A stretch of 64,000 nt of DNA from Stylophora pistillata (taxonomy: Eukaryota), in contig NW_019217784.1 in the NCBI RefSeq assembly GCF_002571385.2, positions 853,218 through 917,217 of the forward strand. Reading direction: 5' to 3'. The position numbers were made by a program, and so were the translations under genes. This document shows, piece by piece, positions 55,586-64,000 of this stretch. The stretch's first letter is position 1; each line of letters starts with the position of its first letter. The notes under the pieces were generated by a model. It was not told the DNA's origin. It saw only the letters and a list, made by a program, of their open reading frames with translations, and searched no databases.

Positions 55586-57068
55586 TTATGCTGGACAGGT
55601 AATGCCACTCAATTTCTCTACAAGAGTTTTCCTTAACATAGTTGTAAGCTGTTCAAGTTCTTGTGCCTGTTTTCGCAGTTCTGCATTACTTTTCTCAAGT
55701 TCTTCCTCTTGTTGGAACAAATCCTGTTCTTTCTGCCTTCTGGCAGCACGAGCATGTTTTGATGCAATGTTATTCTTTAATCGTCTCACTGTTTGTTTGT
55801 CAAGAGTACTTGCAATACCCATGACTTTATTATGTTCAGTCTCTTTGTCTGAATACTGTTTGACTTTCTTAGCAAGTGATTTACAACCATCAGCGGAATG
55901 AACTCGTTTTCTTGTCTGATTATGTTGAACATTCATACCACTTTTGTGACTAACTGTACATACATCTCCTACACTAAGCAAACTAACATTAGGCACCTGT
56001 CCAAGATCATCAGAAAGAGAAAAAAGTTCACCAATGTCAACAGTCACAGTTGAAATATTTTCAGAGCTACTGTCCACATTCTGAACTGACAAAGGCACAG
56101 CCACAGGCTCAGTGCTAACAAAGGACTGTACCAGTTCTTGAGTGAGAAGAGTCAGTGCATCTGATGATTGGATGACTGTGATTTCTTCCACAGCTGTATC
56201 AGCCATTTCTTCTCCGTTGGAATCAGAGGTAAGTTGATGCATACTTGACAGTAGATTGTCGCAGTCCTCTTCCAGAGACACAACATCTACTACACTCTCA
56301 GGGGAGAGTGCTGTGTCAGTAAAGTCTCCAGCAGATGAGAAGACCTCGGATTCACTACCAAGTGAGACAATGTCAATTACATCACTACCAGGAGAAGCCA
56401 CATCTGAGTACTCAGCAGTTCTTGCAGTCTCCATCTTCACAATATCTGACTGGCAGATGTCTGAAGTGGAGACTGGTAAAGTATGCTCCACTTCAAACCC
56501 CAAATCCATTGTGTCAAGATGTGGGAGATCTGGAAACAGCTTGTCGATATCAAGGTATTGCTCGAAGAATGGATCGTCCATACAACCTGGTGACTCACAC
56601 AAGTCCAACAAACTTTCTGTTGGTTTGGTGTTCAACTCATCAAGCAGCCGAAGGTCGAGTATGAACTCCTCATCTTTAGCATCAATCTGGCTTTCAGTGT
56701 CTTGCAATGATTCCAATATATCTAGAAATAAAAATAAAGAGATCATGGAGAGTTGTTTGACAAGAATGAGGCAATACGGAAGGTCAGAAATAAACAACTC
56801 TACCGCTGCGATTTACGTGTTTATTTCACAAGGAGTTACGACTTAACCGGTGGACAGAGGTATACCGGCAACAAGGAAATTTGCTACATTTCATGTACTT
56901 AAACTTAAATACCTTGATCTTTATTCAAGATTTTTCAAAAGAAATCACTGTCTTTTAAATTAAGATTATTCAAACCTTACCATTTGGTACTTCATCAAAC
57001 AGGCGGCATGAATTCAGAGTCCAAGGTTTGGTTCCAGTGTCTTCGTTGGTTTCCATGTGTGTTTCCAT
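55586..57068 (-). CDS. bZIP transcription factor (C/EBP-PAR-like basic region), two coding exons 57068-56981 and 56721-55586, ~407 aa
   Basis: RRLKNNIASKHARAARRQKE followed by Leu heptads; long acidic, Ser-rich N-terminus. Phase-1 donor G|GTAAGG at 56981 joins acceptor TTCTAG|AT at 56721 in frame. Confidence 0.85.
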
Positions 57069-57216
57069 GTTTGTTTCCTTCTTGCCGGTGTAACGATTTT
57101 TTTCCTCTACTTCGATCGAGCCGCTTTTCAAACGGTCGATTTTTTCGAGGCAAGGATTGTTCGGGATAGGCCATGATAACTTCGGATAGTTCTGTGTCAG
57201 CGAACTTACTATGCAT
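56995..57216 (-). promoter_or_regulatory. uORF overlapping the bZIP start out of frame (ATGs at 57216 and 57174)
   Basis: 73/59-codon ORF ending PPV-stop; overlaps the main CDS by 74 nt. Confidence 0.6.
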
Positions 57217-57399
57217 TTCGAATTAAATGAAGAGTAGTTAGCTGTCGAATCTGCCGTTGTGTGGCTTAAGCCTGAACTTTTTGGAGAATATTCCTTCGAG
57301 CGCCGACTTGTCAAAGAGCGGCGCCAACGCTGTCGATCAAACGCAGGTTTACCCAACAAAAGCGGAGAATACCTCGACGAAATTCTTGAGGAAAAGCCA

Positions 57400-57665
57400 G
57401 AAATGAAATAAAATTTGGTATGTTATTGCACTACTTTGTATAAATGGTGGTGCAATAGTTGTGCTAAAATTCTACACTTACGTCAACATGAACCAATCAC
57501 ATACCGCGTAAGTTTAGTTTGTGATGTCATCTGTGACCAATCATTATCGAGTTCAAAGAGTTGTCAATGGAAACCGATTAAATTAACGATTCTGTTTGGC
57601 TCGATACTTCAAGTAGTTTGTACAAGTCCAAACAGAAAGTGAACGGACCAATATTTGCGTCATAG
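57400..57665 (-). promoter_or_regulatory. Putative bZIP promoter with CRE/ATF, C/EBP-type and CCAAT motifs
   Basis: TGGTGCAAT 57448, TTACGTCA 57478, TGATGTCA 57522, TTGCGTCA ~57655; CCAAT at 57493, 57537, 57648; TATA-like and Inr-like motifs near 57440 and 57405. Confidence 0.45.
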
Positions 57666-60600
57666 TTTCTAGAGGAAGGATAATTCAACATCTTCAGTTA
57701 ATGTGGTCACTTGTTATGAAGTCCTCGTAGGTTTCTCCGCCGAGCGAACAATCTGGCCGCTTTGATTAATAGAGGAATTTGTTTGATTGGCTGATTTTAA
57801 TATTTTTTGTTTTGTTTTTTCATTTTATTTGTTATTTTTTCATTTTTTGCATGAGAAAAATAAGATGATGTTGAGAAAACCAGATACTCCTTCGCACAAT
57901 GGTGCAACTTTCTGTACCCCTTATGATTTTTTGTCAAGTTGTGTTTCGCCAAAGGTTTTTGTTACATCAGTCAAAGAATGGTTAAGTTTGAACGAATATC
58001 AAAGTGAGTTAAAAGCTGGGCTGATTGTGTGGAAGTCTGTGGGAAAAAGCTCTACGTCTTAAGTATCAAGGAAGCTTTAAAACAAAGTGGAAAACAAAAG
58101 AAAAAGACTACACATATCCACGCAAGGAATAAGCTTTGATTAATAATCAACGGACGCCCTGCTTTCAGTTCGTCCCAATCCATTCCTGTTCGGACATACA
58201 TATAAGAATACAATAGATGTAAACGGAATCATAAGCCTCTCTAGTTAATCCTTCCAGGCTAGAATTATCCCTTTTATCATTACCAAAAAACCCTTATCTT
58301 ACTCTTATAATTGTGTTAATTTTTTTTTATTATTTCTTTTCTTCTTTTGGGGGCGGCACCGGGGCTCCTAGCTCCCTCCGGTATTTCTCTCTCCATTGCA
58401 TGACTGGGATGGTAACGATTGTCTAAAGGTGTAGTCTGACACCTGGCTTCTGACAGGTACTGTTGTGCTATGTTCCGGATGAACCAGAATCACATACAAC
58501 TTAGTAGCGAACATACATCCCAAAAGGCCATACGAGCTCACAAGCGTAGCCACACAAGTCACGATGGTTACACCTTGGCTCTCTAGGCCCGCAAAGTCCA
58601 CTGGGAAGTAAGCTATGGCGGAGAGAAGGAGTATGTACATTGCAAAACCGATATACCTTGCCTCGTTGAGGTTTTCTGGTAACTTTCTCGCTTTGAAATC
58701 ATGAATGATGCATATTCCAGATATATATCAAAACGAGGTAGCCGTTGATTGCGAGATGCAGGCTGAAACCCAAGGAAAACCTGTGTGGGCAACAGGTCAG
58801 AAAAATGTATTCGCCTCGCTTTATAACTCGTGTCATAAAGGGAGCGTCGATAAAAAACAAAACGTTAACAGAAAAACTACAACCGAGTTCAACAAAAACA
58901 CCAACGTGGCTTGAACTTTTCAGTTTGTCATCAGAATGAAGTGCTTCATTCACTTATCAATGAGATCATCACGGAAAGCGCTTAGAATACGAAGAGATTT
59001 AATCAAGAGTGTAGCAACACATGTAACGAGCGCACAGGAGTTCAAGAAGTAAGCTAAACGGCAGGTTAAGGTTGTAGGTTGCATTACACTCAGGAACGTT
59101 TGAGCGAAGAACACAGTGATGGAAAGCAACAAGATTGCACTTAGTTCACGGCTTGAAGCTTTCACGAGCGGTTTCTCTCGATATCTTAATAGAACAAGGG
59201 ACGAAAATATCGAAAGTAACACACCGAAAATTATAAAACCTGTGACCTGGTAACCCGTGATGTCTGTCGGTTTGATGTTAACTATTGGTAGATCTTCGCG
59301 TTCTGTTCGATTCTCACTTCACCTCTGACCTTCAGGACATTCTTTGCAATTCATGTGCCCAGAGTCTGGATTAACGGAACCTGGAGGACATTCTACGCAT
59401 TCCCAGCAACATGCAGTTGTAACAGACTGCGCCGTGCTTGGAGGACATATCACAGAACAAGCCGATGTGGGTGGAACACTGAAATTTGAAGTTCTCTTAT
59501 TCCATTTGATCTTCCCGACTTCAATCTCAAGCCTTATTCTGGAACTCTTATTCCAAGATCCAACAATTTCCTTGACATTTTGTGTAACCCCTCCTACTTC
59601 CCGTCTATGAAAGTTAATAATTCCATATGATGAAGTCACGGGGTCAGCAGACTTATCAAACTGAAATTTCCCATAATACCATCGAACAAAACGTTCCCTA
59701 GGTTCAGGTCAACATCCAGCGGCCTCACTGATGGATGAATTTGGGGACATCTCCCCCTTTGGAGTGGACCATAACGTTCCTTGCATAAATAAATCATATG
59801 AAGAGCACGCGCAACTGCATAAACTGCCTCGATTACGTAAGGAAGAAAAGTATCATAGAGCTTTTGAATTACATTTTGAGTCAGAGTTGCAATATCTAGG
59901 CACACACAGAGTTCACAAGATTTTTCCAGAGAGCAACTGAATTCTTTCGTCGAAACTTTTTGCCACTATTGAGACATACGTTTCCTGATCATGTCCTTTG
60001 GGGTAATTATTGCCAAATATGATTTGAATTCTTCATTGTGATGATAAATGGCTGTATGCCCAAGGCCCCATCCAAGACACCGAAAAGTGATCGAATGTGG
60101 TTTGGTTGTTCTGATGCGAGGGCATCGCTCCAAATCCTGGTGCGATCTAGCAATTTCTGATTTTCTATTTCCTGAATGAAAGCTCGGCCATAGCCACCAA
60201 ACAGCCAAAGAACAACTACTCTGGCATTTGAACGTCTCTTTAGTTTGGTGACTATAACGTTAACTTTATTCATGTAGTTTGAACGAATGTATTCAGAGCT
60301 ATACAAAATGACTTCCTTGGGAAGGATTCCTTTTCAAGTGCCCACACTCCATATCTGCCATACGAATCATCAACAGCCACTGTTGCAACGTGACTCCAAT
60401 CAAAATGTTCAAATAGATCCGCCATTGCGCTTGCTCGTTGCTTGTCCGATGGCACTGTTATAAAAGAGGTTTTGTAGAACGGCGAGCTTAGCTCTTCACT
60501 CATCGCAGCGTAACTGATAGCAGGTATACCTGCAACTTTAAGCAAGCTTCCACCCAAGACGGAGCTGCCAGAGTCAGCTGGCCGAATTAGAGACACAGCT

Positions 60601-60712
60601 GGACTCAAAGAATGCTTCACTGTTTCATTCCTTGCCAATGTCCTGATGGCTTCCTGCGAGCATGCGTAATGTGAGTCGGTACCTTTGACAAATTGATAGG
60701 TGGATTTCATTG

Positions 60713-62166
60713 CATGATGATGATACTGATGATGAAACTTTATTAAGGTGTCTAAAGAAACTTCCTGGCTTAGGTTAAAGAACCTGTGGTAATTAAGGGA
60801 CAACATAAATAAATATAAATTAAGGTAAAAAATTATTTAAATATAAGCATATGGCATAGGTATAAATGATATTAAAAATATTTGCAGTATGACAAATGTG
60901 TCTATGAACTACAAAGATGACAGCACTTCCATCAATTATCCGTTAGTGTAACTAAATCTAATGTACGTATTTTGTTTTTGAAACATTTTAAGGTGGTAAC
61001 TTCTCTCAAGTCTGAGGCCGGGATAAATTTCCCCAGAGATTGGGCCCTATATGGCAGAGGGAGTACCTGCCATATGTTACCGTATTGTACCTGGCAGCGG
61101 AGAAACTAGACTGCCTTAGGTCATAGTTAGATCTAAACACAAATGTCTTGTAATCTCCTGTTCTGCAAACTAGGGAGTTCTGCTCTTTTTAGAAGTTCAG
61201 GGTAGCCAGCGTTGTTCCTAAAAACAGCACGCAGGCCCCTTTCTTGCATCCACTCGATTTTACGAGAATCACTGGCTCGGAAAAAGTGCCACACAAGGTG
61301 GCAATATGTAAGGTACGGCAATATTGCTGTTTTAAAAAGCATAAGTTTAGCATTTGTGGGAATCAAATTTCTAATTCTCGTAAGGACGCCGATTTTCTGA
61401 CCGGCATTTTTACAGATTATTTTAATGTGCTTGGAAAAATTCAGCTTGGAATCTATTGTGACACCCAACAATTTGAGAGAGTCAGTTATACTAATATCAT
61501 GATTATTTAAACTGATGACTTGAGTGGTGTTGTTATCGCTTTGGCCATGTCCGATGTTCATAATTTGATATTTCTTCAAGTTCCCCGCTAGAAGATTTGA
61601 GTCGTACCAATTAGTGGCTTGCTGTGCACTTTCCTTTAGCATTGACTTAACTGAGGACTGATCCCGCCCTGTGTGGTATATCTGATGATCGTCCACGTAC
61701 ATAGACAAGTTAGTTGTTACACAGTACGACAAATCGTTCTTAAATATATTCCAAAGTAAGGGACCTAGAGCGGAACCCTGTGGACAACCTCGGTTAACAG
61801 TCCTACTTGAACTGACCAGGTCCCCAATTCTCAGCCGGTAATTGCGATCACATAGATAACTCTCCAGAGGCCGGACTGTACTGCTTTCAACGCTGTAGGC
61901 GTTGAGCTTACTCGACCCCTTTCAGTAAATTTAAAAAAAAAAATCAAAAATGAATTACTGTGCCAATATTAATGTCACCCTGGTTTTTTGCTTTCACCAG
62001 AGTAATCAGTTTCTTCCTAGCTATTCCTGTGATTTATTTGTTGCTCTACGTTTTTTTCTTTTATTATAATTGTTCAGGATTTCATTTCTAATATATGCAT
62101 ATATATAATATTTTTTCTCCATGGTTTGTAAATTTCGTTTATTCATAATTATTTTTAGTTTAATTC

Positions 62167-62216
<50 letters not shown>

Positions 62217-62478
62217 TCCCGACCCTAATATTGTAATCCATTCTATGTTATTTGGCTTCCTAGCCTTGTTCACCTTCTAGTTATTTTAGGAAGCCAACAC
62301 CCTCTTAGTTTTAATTTTTTATTTGATGTTAATTTAATCTTCTCAAGAATAAGGGTGAATAAAGTTGTTGTTGTTGTTGTTACTCAGTAGTAGCGGTGAG
62401 TCAAACGCTTTTGACATATCAGTTGACAGCAAGCTCACAACCAATTTGTCATCTCTTGCATGTCTCCAGCCCTCCACG
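60713..62478 (-). mobile_element. 5'-truncated LINE (CR1/L2 group) inserted in the class C GPCR coding sequence
   Basis: STDMSKAFDS near 62420, GCPQGSALGPLLWNIF, MYVDDHQ, LLGVTIDSKLNF; AATAAA plus (CAT)n tail at 60713-60745. Confidence 0.88.
61914..62379 (+). mobile_element. Retroelement 3' UTR fragment nested in the LINE; includes (TG)n at 62171-62216
   Basis: AATAAA-(GTT)n tail. TTACTC is duplicated at 61908-61913 and 62380-62385. Removing the insert restores RT peptide LLLSKLNAY. Confidence 0.75.
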
Positions 62479-63451
62479 GTAGTCGTGTATGTCATAGCCC
62501 AATGTTATGTTTGGGAGAAATTTCGAGTCACTGTTTATCTTTTCTATTGCGAATATCATAGCCTGAGCGTGACCTAATCCAGGGGCATTAAAATCACCGC
62601 AGTCCTCATTGTCAATGCCTTTGTAATGGAGGAGAAACAAACCACCAAGGGTTACGTTGCTAGTCTCAAAACCTGGTATACATGCCAGTACAAATAATGT
62701 GTTGTAACTGTTCCGAAATTGAATGGGATAAAGACAGACAGATACAACTTAGTAAAAGTAGTGACGATGTCATGTTCTCCAAATGGAAATCCGTGGATAT
62801 TTATCCCTGCCGCGAATTCGATAAAAAGAGGATCTTTTCTCTCTAGATTAGCAAGTTTTGAACATCTTCAAAAATCTTCAAAACAGATGCCTGCAAAAAA
62901 ATTGAGGTAAGCGGGTGTGAGAAGAAAATAAATAAGTAGAAAGTTTTGACGTATAGCACCCCTTACCATCAATGAACGGTTCTTAAATTCATGAAATAAA
63001 CAGTTTTAGGACTATCTCTTGAAATCACACGAAAAAATCACCTCAGATCACTGACGATATCAGTTGCCAACATCATTCTCGACGTTGCCAACAGAGTTCG
63101 GAGTTCAATTGAACTTCTCAAGTCAGGATCCCTGTTAGACCTGTTCATCTAGACAGGAGTATTTTACAATCTTCTTTGTATCAGACAAGTGGTACTAAAC
63201 AATGACGAAAATTCAATCAGTTCTTTTCGAAGTCGTCCAAAATGCACGAGCATAAAAATAAAAAAATATTAAATGCTGCAAGGAAAGTCGGATCATTAGC
63301 GAGGCTCCAAAACTGAAAAACCAGTAAAACGAAAGTTAATTACATTGTAGTTATTTTCATGTGCGCCTCAGTCTTTCGTCTCGAAGTATTTGGATGCTTA
63401 GTTACAACATTAAATCCAGGCTCTATAACTAGTGCTGCCTCTGAATATGAA

Positions 63452-63625
63452 AGGGGTAACTTTCTAAGCAAACTGTGGTGCTGTGTCGGGGGCGGTGGGG
63501 CTGGTGGGGCTGGTGGGTGAATTACAGGATATTTGGTTTTATCAGCTGAGTCAATAGATTTAAATTGGCCAGAGGGTCCTAGAGTAAAGAGTTTCTGAAG
63601 TCGACGTTTCGAAGGTTAATGCTCG
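63452..63625 (-). mobile_element. Degenerate Penelope-like terminal repeat remnant
   Basis: AGGGGTAACTTTCTAAGCAAACTGTGGTGCTG...AAATTGGCC...GACGTTTCGA resembles 7900-8050 and 12012-12050. Confidence 0.6.
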
Positions 63626-64000
63626 AATGGTCGGTATAGAAAATAGTCTCGTACTGAAGTTTGAAGAAACAAGCCATGATATAGACAATCCAGATAATTC
63701 TTTTTTTTGATTTCGTTGTATTCTGGTACACGATATTTTCATATAAATTTTAAAGAATTATTATGATAAAATACTTTTTTCATGTTATTATGTTCACACA
63801 TAGATTATTTAGAAATAAATTGTTTGACGCGCAGAGGTTTATCAAACACACTGTAGTAAAATATCCGAGCATACATGTATTCGGCATGTCACCAGAGTGA
63901 CTATCATCATCGTTATCATTGTCGTCATTGTATCTGTCATTGTCACCTGAATATTCACATTTTTCTTGTTTACTTCGTATTCATCACTTTTTTTTTGGTA

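Larger units (their letters stand above)
58368..62773 (-). pseudogene. Class C GPCR (calcium-sensing-receptor-like) pseudogene
   Basis: Signal peptide; TLGGLF, AQAMIFAIEKINSDSKFLPNITLGYDIHD, PAISYA, FDWSHVATVAVDDSYGRYG; Cys-rich CCWECVECPPG; PLVKASSRELS, KLPENLNEARYIGF, KLYVILVHPE. Numerous frameshifts and stops plus a LINE insertion. Confidence 0.9.

Noticed and set aside
56722-56797. N-terminus of the 403-aa ORF-track call
   Set aside because: It is an intronic polypyrimidine tract with a non-ATG start; the exon begins at 56721.
55602-56846. Plus-strand ORFs of 99-196 aa
   Set aside because: Antisense shadows of the bZIP coding exon, with no recognisable motifs.

Overview
Eukaryotic, intron-rich, AT-rich genomic DNA. 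The repeat families and gene repertoire suggest a cnidarian, probably a stony coral (inference). Host genes, left to right: the last exon of a mitochondrial ribosomal protein mL37/mL65-family gene (+); two tandem single-coding-exon class A GPCRs (-); a multi-exon LRRK-family ROCO kinase (ANK-LRR-Roc-COR-kinase-WD40, -) with one in-frame TAG inside an LRR exon; SMC5 (+), head-to-head with it and showing a Walker B D-to-E change; a bZIP transcription factor (-) with an overlapping uORF and a possible splice bypass; and a disrupted class C (CaSR-like) GPCR (-). Introns and intergenic space hold many nested mobile elements. These include a LINE with a 2A-like peptide and PHD finger, L2/CR1-type fragments, and Penelope-like elements with hammerhead-like cores (one with a ~900 bp inverted arm). 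There is also a 251-nt tRNA-containing unit inserted as a permuted, partly inverted multimer, three CA(G/A)G-ended elements with 5-bp TSDs, other MITEs, and a TIR element carrying a HIRAN-like fragment. All calls come from reading the sequence by eye; no database search was run.
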